NCBI GenBank assembly: GCA_964016885.1
Contig: OZ024745.1
Coordinates: 58,652,001 to 58,716,000 of the forward strand
Length of the DNA: 64,000 nt
Source of the DNA: Eledone cirrhosa
Lineage: Eukaryota
Reading direction: 5' to 3'
Of the stretch, positions 14,115 to 28,322 are shown in pieces; positions within the stretch are counted from its first letter, which is position 1, and each line of letters opens with the position of its first letter. A model generated the notes under the pieces. That model made no database searches, was not told where the DNA came from, and was given only the letters and a program-made list of their open reading frames with translations. The translations under genes were made by a program, and so were the position numbers.

Positions 14115-14770
14115 TATGATAGCTGCAACTCGATTTCTAGTAATCTCACCGCTTTGCATGAGCATCACATCAAAGAATGCGACACATCAAGCAATATCTG
14201 TACTTGAAGCTTTTTAGAAGGACAACATTGACTGTGTGAGGTTAGCTTACCGACAGCACACTGCATGAAGATGAAGCTTTCAAATGTGATCCAAAATTTC
14301 AGTAAATGTGTTGGCACATTATGACTTTCATGTGTATTTCCATAAACGCAGTAGAAACGATAGTGAATAGGAATTTTGAGAGCCATTCATCGAATATTCA
14401 GATGATTTATCGATAGTTTGTAGTACTTATAAATATTGTATGTATCTATCAAGATGTTACATTCTTTTAATTACATAATTAATTATCTTGATGGATGAAG
14501 TCTCTATGCATTTCGTTTTATTTCTCTATTTCTATAATTAACTCAAGTCTTGAATATTGATTCTTACTTTGGCATAATATTAATTTCTTTTTGATTAATC
14601 ATTTAATTCTATTTTAAACTTTTCCTTTATAAGTGTGTAGTTACTGTGGCTAAAATTTATTTCAGTTAATAGCAAAATATAAAGCGAAATTTTCAAATCT
14701 ACAAAGCAACGCAAAAAATAATAGCAAATATTAAATAATAAGTAAATCATCAAAATCGCTTTTGACTAGT

Positions 14771-14980
14771 ATATTTGAGCTGCCTCTCGCGGACAAGAAT
14801 GCAGAAGGATGCATATTTGAGCTGCATCTCGCGGACAAGACGACAGAAAGGTGCATATTAGAGCTCTATCTTGCGGACAAGATCGCAGAAGGGTGCCTAT
14901 TTAAGCTGAATTTCCTGAACAAGATGGTAGAAAAGTGCATATTTGAGCTACATCTCGCGGACAAGATGGCAAAAGGGTTG
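14771..14980. repeat. Five 42-bp tandem repeats
   Basis: Consensus atatttgagctgcatctcgcggacaagatggcagaagggtgc; units start at 14771, 14813, 14855, 14897, 14939. Confidence 0.9.
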
Positions 14981-16751
14981 CCAAAAAAAAAAAAAAAGCA
15001 CCGATATCCCTTTCATCGGCCATTCCAACTCACATAGCCATTCTCTGAGGTGACACCCTCATCCTGATTTGGCAGAAGTGACCGGTAGTCGAGAGACCAA
15101 GGACATCGGAAGTGTAAACAGTGACCAACGTGAAAAGAAATAAGTATTATTTAGAAATGAAGTAATTCAATAAAGTTATGGCTACACTTTTCTCACTGAT
15201 AATATCCATGGAAATAAAGTAAAATATTAAGAAGTAAAAGCAGAAACTTCGCATTAAATTTTCTTCGTCGTCATACTCAAAATAATATTGCTCCCTAATA
15301 CTAAAATTCTAGATTTTGTGAAATCTAGATCCATATACTTCATTAGAATGTTTTAATATAACTGGAATTTAGAACACTGTTACCAGTGTTTTCGGATAAG
15401 CATTTATTTTCTAATTAGTTGCAGTGACATATAATCTTGATCAGAATCTCATAGACTATAAATAAATGAGGAATTCATCATCTATATCTAATATATATTG
15501 CATTTGAAGAACATAGACGAATCCAAATTGAGTATAAAACCAAAAGCACGAGTTGCAGATTTTGTATATCAAGTCGGGATCGAATTTTTACTTATAAATG
15601 TGTGGTAATGATATAAATGCCATTAACTATCCAGTCTGTTGCCCTATTATTTTGGCCATTTATCTCACTCTAATATCCTAGCAGTTCAGACGTAGTGGGT
15701 TAATGTGTATCTGACAAAGATGTCCGAGACTCACCCATCAAGATAATATTTGTGGTTTCACAATGGAACTATGAATATAACCGAAATCTAAATTCAGTTT
15801 ACCGAGAACTTACTTTCTATCAATGGCGCCTACTATTAAACTCTGAAAATTTTTGTATTATGTATTTAGGAGTTCATACATACCATGAAAACCTTCAATT
15901 TAAGAGTGCTAAACTGCTAAATGAAGGGAGCTTCATTAAATTTCTTCGTGGTGAAAAAGAAAACTTTCATGTTAAGAAAACTACTGTAACACAAAGGCGA
16001 ACGCGTAATTTACATGAAATATGAAGTTTACTCTGAGTCATAGAGTAGGGCTGAAGTAAAAATATATATATATATATTAATCTAAGTGAAAGATACAGAT
16101 TATAGTGACTGCATGTTTCAACTGAGTTGAGTTGAGTGTACGGCAAATCTTTCATTCTCTGTGTTAGCCATACTATTTATTACGTAGCTAATTGTTAATA
16201 AAAACATTACGCAATACATTTCGTGGTGTCTTTACCTTTGATATATCTCATGGTTTTGAAAGAAATTAACCAACAGCGTTAAATATCTGCTTTGAGATAG
16301 CTCTGACAAGATCTGAAGCAACTATTGTAAATTGAAACTGCAAGTTAACAGAACTAAGGATATGTGCATATCGAACTTGGTATCTTCCCTTAAATATATT
16401 GCATCATCCTCTGAGGTGATAGAGGAAGGTGAGGTCATCGTTTCAACTGAAAAATATTTCCTTCGTCCATTTGATAATTATGACAAATAACAAACTAAAC
16501 AAAACTAAACATATTACATAAAACAACACTTCGTCCATTTGAAATTTAAAAAAGTGAATCGTAAAATGTGAAAAAGAAAATCATTTTATTCTGACTTAAT
16601 CAATGTTATTTGTTATGTTGCTTTAAACTTCAGTTTGATGTAAGAAATCGTGTTATGTTATCACAAACATGTCGGAAAACAACGTACAAGAAAAGATATG
16701 ATAAATAACAAGTAAAACAGGAAATAAAAAACAAATGTAGATTGACTTGTA

Positions 16752-16752
16752 G

Positions 16753-16817
<65 letters not shown>
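16752..16817. repeat. (ATG)n microsatellite
   Basis: Pure trinucleotide run. Confidence 0.95.
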
Positions 16818-17057
16818 GTGAGATAGGTTGTGGTTAGAGAAACTATCAAGACAGTGTATGTCCAGAAAACATTGTATTAACTCGACAACTGAATTTATTA
16901 GTGTTTTGTTTTTCTTTCTAAGTTTAGAAAAAGAACAACTGAAAATAGATAAATGTGAGCTATGATTGTTAAAAAAAGACAAAAAACAACAAAAAAATAA
17001 CAAATCTTAATTATGTCTACCTGTATTAATTAATCATCATCGCATGTAGGCAGACAG

Positions 17058-17158
<101 letters not shown>

Positions 17159-17798
17159 GAAAGTGAAAGAGAGAGATGGTGAGAGAGAAAGAGAGATATA
17201 TAGATATATAGAGACAGAGAGTGAGAAAGAGGAAGAATTATCATTGTATCTTATTTATTGTGAAGTACATGGAAAACACCCACACATGAAAAAGAATTAT
17301 GAGAAGGAAGAGACAAGACAAAGAGAAAGATAGGCTAAAAGGAAGAGTTATCAGCAAAAGAAATAATGTTTATCGAAGAGTAAGACAGAATACATAAACT
17401 AGATGCCGTTGCCCGCAGATATCTGATTTGGAATTCTACAAAGAAGGTGGTACATATTCACTGTAGCTTCTAGAAATAGCAGTCAAATCTTTCTGAAATA
17501 TCTACCATCTAGAAAAGGAAGTATACTTTAGATAACAGTCTTAGACACATTGTCTAAAAATAAATTGGAATGGTCATGACTTGAATGATTTGATCAAATC
17601 TGTCGTGGAGTTAAACAACAACACTGGGAATTCTACGTAGCCATTCAATTTGATGGAGAAACCATCAAATCATGCCCTATCATCTTAAAAAAAGGAAAGA
17701 TGCATTGGATAATGGGTACTTCGAAAATGAATTGGGGTAATCACGACTGAAATACTTTACATCAAAGTTCTGGTCACTCAGCGCCTCCTCACCTTGGT

Positions 17799-17800
<2 letters not shown>

Positions 17801-17859
<59 letters not shown>
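17801..17859. repeat. (AAC)n microsatellite
   Basis: Pure trinucleotide run. Confidence 0.95.
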
Positions 17860-17860
<1 letters not shown>

Positions 17861-17983
17861 TGTATATATCTTTTGTCAGATTGATCACGCCACAAATTTT
17901 AAACAGATATAAGAAGTTTGTAAATCTAAACACTGAAACACACACAGAGATATAGCATGTTTGTGTATATGCTTGTGCTATAG

Positions 17984-18105
17984 TGGCGAATTGGCAAAAT
18001 CGCTAGAGTGTCGGACAAAATATTTTGCAATATTTGATCTGGCTTTTACATTCTGAGTTTAAATCCTACTGAGGTCAACATTGCTTTTCATAGAATCAAG
18101 TACCG
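17984..18105 (+). mobile_element. Degenerate MetaSINE-type SINE
   Basis: ggcgaattggcaaaatcg...ctgagtttaaatcctactgaggtcaacattgcttttcat...aagtacc. Confidence 0.6.
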
Positions 18106-19019
18106 GTTGAAGGCAGTGGGCTGATGGAATTGTCAGAATGCTAGACAAAATACTTTGCAATATTTGTTCAGACTCTTTTTGTTATGAGTGTCAGGGCAGG
18201 TGTTCTGACATTGTCTGCATCTAGTGTCTTGTAAAAAAAAAATACTTAAAGAAACCCACTTTGTGCTCTCTCATGGTAGCTTGTCAAACTGATGCCCCAA
18301 GAAAGATATTGTACTTGTTTTGTATTTATCTGTTTATTTATAATTATTAATACAATAATATATCAAGCATTTTGTATACACTAAGCATTAAATATTCGCC
18401 TCCTACACACAATTGAGTGTTAATAAGAGGTGAAGGAGAGAGATACAGATAGACGGAGAAAGTAAGAGAGTGTATGTGTTTGTGTTTGTGTGTGTGTGAA
18501 TGTGATATCGAAATAAATGGAGTAAGAAAGAGAGACAATACAAATTTAATTTATTGTCTGATCGAACAGATGTACGATCGAAAACGTTCCAACGATGAAC
18601 ATTTCGTCTTTCTCAAACATAGTGTAGAGAAGAATACATTTCTCAATGTTCTATTTGATGAACGTTTGGCTGTTATTTCTGACAGATTGAGTGCTCCTGT
18701 AGAGTGTCTTTTTCTACAGTTGTGCATTTGGCCATTTATACTGTACGACGCGACTAAAAAAAACCTTGATTATTTGTTATGTAAATGTTAAACAGCACGT
18801 AACAATATTTAATAAAACTAAATCCTAATATGCAAACAAATACTGCAAACAGCAATACTTCAGATAACTTTTAATATCTTGATTGCATGACTACATGTAG
18901 TTATATAGAATATATATAAAATGTTTGTGTTACAAATATTCGGTGATATGTCGAGGAGTTAAAGCTGTCAAATAAATTCATTATTGGAAATGTGCCTGCC
19001 TATCTTTAAAAAAAAATCA

Positions 19020-19222
19020 TTTCTACTATAGGCACAAGGCCAGCAATTTTGGGGGGTAGGAGAAAGTCGATTAAATCTACCCTAGTACATTACTGGTACT
19101 TCATTTTATCGACCTCATAAGGATGAAAGGCAAAACTAAACTCGGCGGTATTTGAACTCAGATGGTAAAAGGCCGTAACTCTATGCTGCAAAGCATGATG
19201 TCCGACGCTCTACTGATTCTGC
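19020..19222 (-). mobile_element. MetaSINE-type SINE, long variant
   Basis: Carries the extra gggg..aaagtcgattaaatc segment also seen at 24602 and 40468. Confidence 0.8.
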
Positions 19223-19510
19223 TATACACAGATTCAAAAATGATCTTATATCTTTGTCAATGAACCATGGTACTACTCCGTGTGTTCTCTGTAATGTGTT
19301 TGCTTCATTTGCAAGGAATGTTGTCTGTTTCTTCATAAAGAATCAATAGGTGATGTCAGATATATTTATATCGAATATAACGCATCGTTGTAGGAAGCAA
19401 TATTACGAATATGTTGAAATTCTTATATGCACACATAAATAAGAAAGGTTTCTTTACAGAAAAATGGTACCTGTACTATCCATATTGTTTATTTTTTTTA
19501 TATTAATACA

Positions 19511-19586
<76 letters not shown>

Positions 19587-20439
19587 AAAAACATGAGAAG
19601 AAAGAAGAATACTGCGTGGTTTGCACATGGGTTACATATGATAAAAATAGTCCTTCGTCAGTGATTTGCCAACCATCATTGGTATTTCATCGCATTAAAA
19701 ATCAGATACCTCAGGTTGGTGCGAGCAATAAGCTAAAAAAAAGTTATTGGGACCAGTAATCGCAGGGCATTACAATACAACGGGAGGAAACATAATAGTA
19801 CCACTGATGAGGTCACAGAAAAGTGTGACAAAAGAACTTTGATAGAATATATATATATTAGAGACAGATGGGGTGCGCGTGCGCGCGTGTGTCTGTGTGT
19901 GCGCGCGAATAGATATGTATTTTAATTCGTTTTTATCTTTTTTTGAAATTAGAACAATTTACTCATATGACCCAGAGAACATGTGCTAAACATAATGAGG
20001 CAACTTGATAGGAAAGAATGAGCATACGCATCAGAGAAATGTTAAGGAAGTATGTAATGTTCATAGACAAATAATCTTATCAGCAAATGTGAGAGTAGTC
20101 TATCTAATTATAATATTGATTTCTAACATAGATATAAAGTCATATAATATATACCGACCCCAATAGTTGACTGGTATATATTTTATCAATGATGTCGGGA
20201 GTTTGAAAAGCAGAGTTGACCCCAGCGATCTTTGGACACAGAATATAAAGGTAGGTACCTAAATAAAGCAAGTTATTTTGCCCAGCTCTCCAAAGATTCT
20301 TCCAAATTAACCACCCTGTAATACTAATTTCTAGCATATGTACAAAACTAGACATTTTAGCGAAGAGTTTAATGAATTACATCAACGTCAGTACTTGATT
20401 GGTTGACCTAGTACGGATGAAAATGAGGAAATATTATCA

Positions 20440-20795
20440 TGACTGGCGAGTGTAAAATCAATCGGCTGGAATTTGCAGTCGAAATGGTGTTACTTAACTC
20501 GACAGATGGTGATCTCCGACTTGCACTCGACAGGTTTGATGCTAAGTTCTGCATGGCTGGAATAAAATTTAGTGCTGCGAAAACTGAGTCACTCGTCCTA
20601 TCAAGGAAGCCTGCGCAGTGAACTCTACATGTGAATAGGATTCTACTGAAGCAGGTGGAGAAGTTCAAGTATTTCATGGCCGTATTCACGAGTGATGGAA
20701 GGCAGGAGGCTGGAAGAATTGCAGGAGCTGGTGCAGTAATGCACCAGCTTCAGTATTCAGTAATCAGAAGGGAGGTAGGCGTAAAAGACAAACGC
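20440..20795 (+). pseudogene. Degenerate RTE LINE reverse transcriptase fragment
   Basis: LEFAVEMVLL (degenerate LLFADD)...KTESLVLSRKP...LKQVEKFKY..VFTSDGRQE with an in-frame stop. Confidence 0.75.
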
Positions 20796-20816
20796 GCTCG
20801 ATATATATATACACAA

Positions 20817-20857
<41 letters not shown>

Positions 20858-21116
20858 CACGGAAAGAATAGAGGTCAACAGATCAATAAATGTAGATAAA
20901 TCTATAGATATATATATATAAGATGAAGGAGTAAATGTAGAGAAATGGAAAATAAATCCACGAGGGACAGGTGAATATAAATTTTGAAAGAAAATAAAAA
21001 AGCTAGAAGGATGTGCAAGACCACAATTTTGTGAATAAGTAAGCAAGATAGCATATTTAGTAAATTATACAGACGAACATAAAGAGACAGAAAACAAACA
21101 CATACATAATGAAACA

Positions 21117-21277
21117 TAATTGTTTCTACTTTTTGGCACAAAGCCAGCAATTACCCAGTATATTACTGGTACTTTATTTTATCTACCCCGTAAGGATGAA
21201 AGGCAAATTTAACCTCGACGGGATTTGAACTCAGACCGTAAAGGGACGTAACTATGCTGGAAAGCATGGCGTCCGAC
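21117..21277 (-). mobile_element. MetaSINE-type SINE copy, 5'-truncated
   Basis: Family homology. Confidence 0.8.
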
Positions 21278-21579
21278 GACGACAACACGCCGCCATCTAG
21301 CCTCCTTCGGGGAGGCCCCGAAACATAAATAATAACAGACAGAAAAGAGAGGAGAAAAAAGTAACATAATTCAAAATATGTGAGGTATATTAAATAGCGA
21401 TAGAGGAGGGAAAAATTGAGAGAAAACGAACGAGTAGGAGTGTAAAACTGTAACAACTAGATAGGCACACAACATCAACATCCTTAGTATGAACCTTCTC
21501 TTTCTGTTTTATTTTTAGTGCTTATCAACTTCATCAAAATTAATTCTCGATGATCGAACATTTATATTAACCATAATTA

Positions 21580-22168
21580 ACTGTTTCTACGTTTGGCACA
21601 AGGCCAGCAATTATCCCAGTGCATTACTGGTGTTTTATTTTATCGACCCCGTAGGGATGAAAGGCAAAGTTAACCGCGGCAGGATTTGAGCTGAGATCGT
21701 AAAAGGCTGTAACTCCATACTGCAAAGTATGGTGTCCGACCTTCTACCGATACTGCCAATCCACCGCCATTATATTAACAATAATGGCGATGGATTGGCA
21801 GTATCTGTAGAGAGTCGGACGCCATGCTTTCCAGCATAGTTACGTCCCTTTACGATCTGAGTTCAAATCCCGCCGAGGTTAACTTTGCCTTTCATCCTTA
21901 CGGGGTCGATAAAATAAAGTACCAGTAATGCACTGGTTAATTGTTGGCCTTGTGCCTAAAGTAGAAACAATTATTATAGGGCGATGGATTGGCAGTATCG
22001 GTAGAGTGTCGGACGCCATGCTTTCTAGCATAGTTACGTCCCTTTACGATCTGAGTTCAAATCCCGCCGAGGTTAACTTTGCCTTTCATCCTTACGGGGT
22101 CGATAAAATAAAGTACCAGTAATGCACTGGGTAATTGCTGGCCTTGTGCCTAAAGAAGAAACAATTAT
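21580..22168. mobile_element. Cluster of three MetaSINE-type copies (one -, two +)
   Basis: 21580-21769 (-), 21785-21974 (+), 21980-22168 (+); the two + copies are nearly identical. Confidence 0.88.
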
Positions 22169-22555
22169 ATTAACAATAATTAACAAAACATAATAATATT
22201 GAGATAACATAATCTTTACAAATGCCTGTAAGAAACCTCTAGCCATAATTGACTATTTATTATCTTTTGTTTTCAGTAAACATATATGAGGATGAAACCC
22301 AAATGCAGTGTTACTGATTGAATTAAAAGAATGGCGCCACAGGTCTTCCAAAGTAGATTTCTTTTTTAACACAACTGCCCATACGAGGTATATCTGTGTC
22401 TGACATTCATCGACAATTTAGTTACCAACAATCATATGATATGATAATAATTTAATGATCATATTGATGGATTGATAACCCCGCGGGTCGTATGAGATTT
22501 CTATACCTAGCAAGGAATACGTGTATGAAGTTCATATCTATTGTCCATACATGCA

Positions 22556-22675
<120 letters not shown>

Positions 22676-22719
22676 CCGTATGTATGTGTATATGTATGTA
22701 TGTGCAATATATATATATA

Positions 22720-22764
<45 letters not shown>

Positions 22765-23716
22765 GGGGAGGGGGGGTCTGTGGTCCCGATACTGAGGAGA
22801 TCACAAATCATGGAGAGATGCAGAGTGGGTATAGAGATAGGCATAATCCCGACCGCGGCGCCAAGCAGTTGATTACCATGAAGTAACAAGGAAATATTAT
22901 TGGCTGACAATGTTGTTTGAAAAACAGGTGGAAAGTTGACACTTGGAGATATTAAGTTTAAAATAAAATATAAAAAAGCACCATTGAAGACATAAGAACA
23001 TATATGTATGCAGACCTGTCAACTCTCCCCGTCCAACGGGAAGATCCCCTACCCACTTTAGGGTAGGTAAGAAATGTTTCTCTTGTGAAAATGGGTATAG
23101 CTTTCATCATGTAAAATCTCCCCATTTTACCTCATTTCTCCCCGTTTGGGGCACTTTTTTTCACGGTACACACCGTTTAAGATTTTAGAGGTATGTGTAT
23201 ATGAAGATAAAAAGAATAAGAATTGTCTTGTTATTTTAGTTTTCCCCTTTCATTCAACTATTTAGCGACACATAATTTGAAGAAAGAAATTACGAAGCAT
23301 CTTTGCAGAAATCTAACATTTGTCTTCATTCAAATTGTCTCCATCTAAAAATAATAGGAAAAAAAATGTTATACTTAAAGAGAGCATACGTCGTAGTTTC
23401 CATCGAAAACTACGACGTATGTGTGGAATAGCATGGCCAAAGTTCAACTATTGAATTTTAAACTCCACAGGTCTCGTTCTTGGCGAAGTTTGTGACAAAT
23501 ATAACCCTTCGAATATTAAACCTATAATTCAATAAATATTATTCTACAATCACAGATAATGACATAGAAATGATAAAACACGCTAGAATATCAATAATTT
23601 ATCAATAGTGATATAAGAATAAAAAAAATAACAGAATATAGGAAATTTCGCTGTAAGCATGTAATATAGAAACTCTGCAGTAATTTCAAACTTAACCGGT
23701 TTATATATTCTAATCA

Positions 23717-23908
23717 TAATTGTTTCTACTTTTGGCACAAGGTCAGCAATTACCCAGTGCATTACTGGTACTTTATTTCATCGACCCCGTGAGGATGAAA
23801 GGCAAAGTTTACCTCGGCGGGAGTTGAACTCAGAATGGCAAGGACCGTAACTCTATGCGTCAAATCATGGCGTCCGACCCTCTACCGATACTGCCAATCC
23901 ACTGCCCT
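23717..23908 (-). mobile_element. MetaSINE-type SINE with TSD-like flanks
   Basis: Flanked on both sides by tatatattctaatcataat. Confidence 0.85.
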
Positions 23909-23949
23909 TATATATATTCTAATCATAATCGTGAATATATTCTACTTTA

Positions 23950-24350
23950 TTGACGACGGTTTTTATAGCGATGACGAACAAACTGCAGATAAATTCAGGA
24001 ACAAAAAATCAAACAATTATATGAACTCAACTTAAAACGTTACCATAGACATTAATCATGAACCAGTCAATGTTTTAGACGTAATATTTAACCTTAATGA
24101 CAGTAAATTCCAATCATACATTGAATCAAGCGATCTAATGCTAAAAGTAGATGGCAATTGGAACCACCGTCTGTGTATTCTTAGAAATCTGCTCTTCTTC
24201 TTTGCCCCACTTATTCCTCAGAATAAGAGTTGCTCCTACATTCAGGTACCTATTTGCAGCTATGTGGATATAAGTATTTGCAAGGAAGCCGCCCAGGATA
24301 CCGATACAATGCAGTGCCAATGACAGGATACAAAATACAAATTTCTGGAT
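23950..24350 (+). pseudogene. Old degenerate PLE RT fragment
   Basis: GFYSDD...VTIDINHEPVNVLDVIFNL...KVDGNWNHRLCILRNL aligns by eye to GLYRDD...ITMDKNTKNVNFLDATL...YVDTKSNHPRSILNSI of the 53372 ORF; frameshifted. Confidence 0.6.
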
Positions 24351-24388
24351 GTTCGCTATACTATCCATTCGACCACTCGAACTCTCAT

Positions 24389-25003
24389 AATAATTGTTTC
24401 TACTTTTGGCACAAGGCCAGCAATTACCCCAGTGCATTACATGTGTTTTATTTTATCGACCCCGTAACGTTGAAAGGCAAAGCTAACCTCGGCGAGTTTT
24501 GAACTCAGAACGTAAAGGGTCATAACTCTATGCTACAATGCGTGGTGTCCAACCCCTTTACCGATACTGCCAATGCACCGCCCTATGAACTCTTGTAATA
24601 ATGGTTTCTTATATAGGCACAAGGCCAGCAATTTTGGGGAAGGGGAAAGTCGATTAAATCGACCCCAGTGCGTGACAGGTACTTTATTTTATCGACCCCG
24701 TAAGGATGAAAGGCAAAGTTAATCTCGGAAGGATTTGAACTCAAATCATAAAGGGCCGTAACTCTATGCTGCAAAGCATGGCGTCCGATCCTCTACCAAT
24801 ACTGCCAATCCACCGCCCTTCATAATAATTGTTTCTACTTTTGGCACAAGGCAAGCAATTACGCAGTGCATTACTGGTACTTTATTTTATCGGCCTCATA
24901 AGGGTGAAAGGCAAAGTTAACCTCGGCGGGATTTGAACTCAGAATGGCAAGGGCCGTAACTCTATGCGTCACATCATGGTGTCCGACTCTCTACCGATAC
25001 TAC
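24389..25003 (-). mobile_element. Three tandem MetaSINE-type copies
   Basis: 24389-24583, 24602-24818 (long variant), 24826-25003. Confidence 0.85.
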
Positions 25004-25009
25004 CAGATG

Positions 25010-25560
25010 CTGATCAGAATTGTTCAAATATGTTGCCCTAGCAAACTCTCTGGCTGTCTAATATGGTCTGGCCACCACCTGCTTATCCACCACCTATTAT
25101 GAAATAATAAAACCTATATCCTCAAAACTAGACTGTCTCTTTACGACAATAAAATAGTTCAGCTGTAATCAATTACAAGCCTTTTACAAAATTTACATGT
25201 AACCCACATTAGTCCTTTACTCCATTGACCTCTTTCTACACACTAGGACGGCATGCAAGGAAGGTCATCCATTATTTCACAAACAAGCTACAATCACTAG
25301 TCCACAGCTGCGCTGTTTCTATACTCAGTTCTTTAATAGTACTTCTCTAAAATATCAAGCCAGGTAACATTCTTCCCTCCAATCCCACTCAAAGCAGCTG
25401 CTTTGAGTGGGATTACTACTATTGCTCCCCCTCCTTAGTATCTTGCACTAAACTCTTTGCTCAATTCTTTCTTTTGAGAACTGAAGCACAACTGGAACGT
25501 TTCCCTATAGGCACCAGCTTACAAAATTTCACGATCCTCCCTATACCAGAAGAGCCCGCA
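25010..25560 (+). pseudogene. Highly degenerate CR1/L2-group LINE 3' fragment
   Basis: Residual translation (NQLQAFYK, KLQSLVHSCAVS, RTEAQLE) resembles the post-RT region; many stops. Confidence 0.35.
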
Positions 25561-27214
25561 AAGAATATAGGCTCTGATTTCCCCTTATCTAAACAACAAC
25601 AAATAGTAAATCAATAAATCGAATTTGTAATTGTTTTCTTAAAACTAAAATCCACACAAAACATGTTAATACATGTTTTTAATCAATCTCTTTGATCAGT
25701 GAAATTACCATGTTCCTAATGTCAACATATGTGTATGAAGTGGGGACTTGTGAGTGTGAATGTGTTTATTTGGAAATTCAAACTAGTATCTGCGTGACAG
25801 AACCCCACACGAACACTCAATGAGTCATTTAAGGAAAGCTATAACCAAATTTTAGTTAGAATAAATTGTAATTTAATTTTTGCAAGTAGACCGAGTTAAA
25901 ATACTTGTAGTTGTTTAGAAAACCAACTTGTTACTATCATATCAACAACATGGAGTTAACATCGTAATGAAACAATAGTTATGCACCATTTAAATTGTAT
26001 GAAGGTAACTGGACGTCTGCTGTTAACAATGGAGTGTTTAGTTGTTGGATAATTTTAAACAAAAGCATATCACTTCTATCTTTCTATCATATCCATTCTC
26101 AGTACGGTAATCTTCAAATATAGAGCCTCTACTAGAACCAACAAGGGAGCTTCTACGTAATCCCTTGACACACTAGAGATAGTAACTAAGCCAAGTTCAA
26201 ATAACCCTTTACCGTCTTCAATAAGGAAATAAGATATTAGATAATATAGTCATACTTTACTCAATTATAGGTGCTCGATCAGGTTTGATTATGGGATAAA
26301 CAATAAATAAATATTTTCTATCTGTTTATCAGAAAAGAAAGAACAATGCTCAAAAAATCTGATTTGAATGCTTGCAACAGGGGTTGATTCCATTAAAGAC
26401 ACCCAAGTGAGAGGTGGTGATGTTAAAGCGTAATTTGTTTGATGTTTCTATTATATAACATCAAAACCATAAGCAGAATAAACAAAAATAACTACCAATA
26501 CCAACAAATAAACACTGATTTAATGAAACTATTGATGTAATAATTATATAAATTCAAATATTACAAGGACTACACGAGTTTATTTTCCCTTGGGGTATTG
26601 ATGCAGAAGCAACAAGTTTAAATTGTAATGAATTACTTTTAACAAAGCTAAATACAAATGCAAAATATGCACTACCTGCCCATGCAGATAATAATAATAT
26701 TTTAAACTTTAAATTTCCTGCACCCTGGGATACCCGGGCTATGCATGTGTTTCCTGAAACCGTCAACTTGCAACTGTTAAGAGTGACATTAATTGTATCA
26801 ACATTACATTTTAGAATAACTGCCAAGATCATAGACATAGTTATCACTTCCAGACCAACCTAAAAATGACACTAGAATTTTTGTTAATTTGTTCTGAATA
26901 ATAATTTTCCGTTAATTAAATACACGAATGTTAGCTGCACATAATATAGGCACAAAAACACACCCGGGACGCCATACACGCAGACACAAATATTTTAAAA
27001 TTAATTGAAAGTCGTGGGAAATAAAATGAAGTATAAACACATAGCTTGTACGTTTACATTTTATACTTTTCACAACGAGGACTCTAATTAAAAAAAACAA
27101 AACTGTATTAATATTTACTATTTAATTAAGTTGTCAAAAGAATGCAAAATTAGAATTATGTTCTACATCACGTGTCATCCGGTTCGGCAAAGGAACCGAC
27201 AACATTATGACTGT

Positions 27215-27330
27215 GAGCTCAAATCCCGCCGAGGTTAACTTTGCCTTTCATCCTTTCGGGGTCGATAAAATAAAGTACCAATAATACACTGGGTAATTGC
27301 TGGCCTTGTGCCAAATGTAGAAACAATTAT
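27215..27330 (+). mobile_element. 5'-truncated MetaSINE-type copy
   Basis: B-box to tail; flanked by duplicated attat(g/t)actgtgagctcaa. Confidence 0.8.
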
Positions 27331-27545
27331 TACTGTGAGCTCAAGGCACAAACCCTTAGGCTATTCACCTTTACGATATACATGTGTTCAACTAGTCAAT
27401 TTTCGATGTTTATACAGTGATATAGATCAATAGATATATCGCTGACTTGCATGATTTGGCGGGTTGATATACATCAAAATATGATAAGATTTTTAAATGT
27501 TTAGCTGATCACATGCACATGAGAGAACAAACATACATACATAAA

Positions 27546-28110
27546 TACATGGTGGCTGCCAACTCGTTTTCGAGTACGGCCACTACTTTATATCCATGTA
27601 GGGGAACCCCTACCAATGCGCTGAACGAGTGTGACTTTTTAGTCCAGCCAGCGACTTGAAAACTCTGGTACAAACACTACACTTGTGACAATTATTGACA
27701 CACAGTGCTGGGCCCATGGTACCATGTGACGACAAGTGCAGAGAGATCTCCAGATATAAAGCAATGCCTGTGCCGTGAAGCTTTTATAGTGAGCAAAGGC
27801 ACTGCACAAAGCCAGTCCCACTCTCTTAACCAAGATGATATTTACCAAAAAGAAGAACAAGTCAACATCATTGGATACCATCAGGGTTGCAGGTGTTATA
27901 TCAGAGTTTTCCTTCTCCTAGAATTCTGCCTTGACAAAGGCTAAGGGGTCATCTCTCCCGGTGATTTTGGATGGCTATTGACTCTTAAGAGCCCCTTTGC
28001 CTTTTGACAGGTTTTGTTTTTAGTCCTGCAGGATGTCCAAAGCCACCCTCCTCACCAAGAAACCTTGGTGGGGTTGCCAGTTTAGTCGCCAACGACCCGA
28101 CCATGAGACC
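27546..28110 (-). mobile_element. Non-autonomous RTE-derived element (5'UTR-like head plus (TATG)n tail)
   Basis: Near-identical copy at 41842-42458; minus strand has the RTE 5'UTR-type motif CTAGGAGAAGGAAAACTCTGA; no credible ORF. Confidence 0.6.
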
Positions 28111-28112
28111 TA

Positions 28113-28194
28113 AATACATACATACATAAATACATACATGTATACATACATACATACATACATACATACATACATACATACATACATACATACA

Positions 28195-28228
<34 letters not shown>

Positions 28229-28240
28229 CATACATACATA
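28113..28240. repeat. (TACA)n microsatellite
   Basis: Tetranucleotide run. Confidence 0.95.
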
Positions 28241-28322
28241 TGTGTGTATCTTCCTCATTCCCTGTCACTTTTTTGTATATGCCTCTATGTGTATCACTTT
28301 TAATTCTGTGAGTGTATATATC

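Noticed and set aside
14771-14980. CRISPR array or repeat-protein CDS
   Set aside because: Contiguous degenerate tandem units without unique spacers, no cas genes, eukaryotic context; the ORF is a by-product of the 42-bp period.
22277-22388. Plus-strand exon candidates (also after ~34581, 37151, 39089)
   Set aside because: Acceptor-like sites only; short frames with stops and no coherent model.
26554-26847. 97-aa ORF as a standalone gene
   Set aside because: GTG start and no recognisable domain; at most part of a terminal exon or UTR.
27639-27944. Duplicated 80-aa ORF (also 41936-42178)
   Set aside because: Similarity reflects the repeat copy; no protein-like features.
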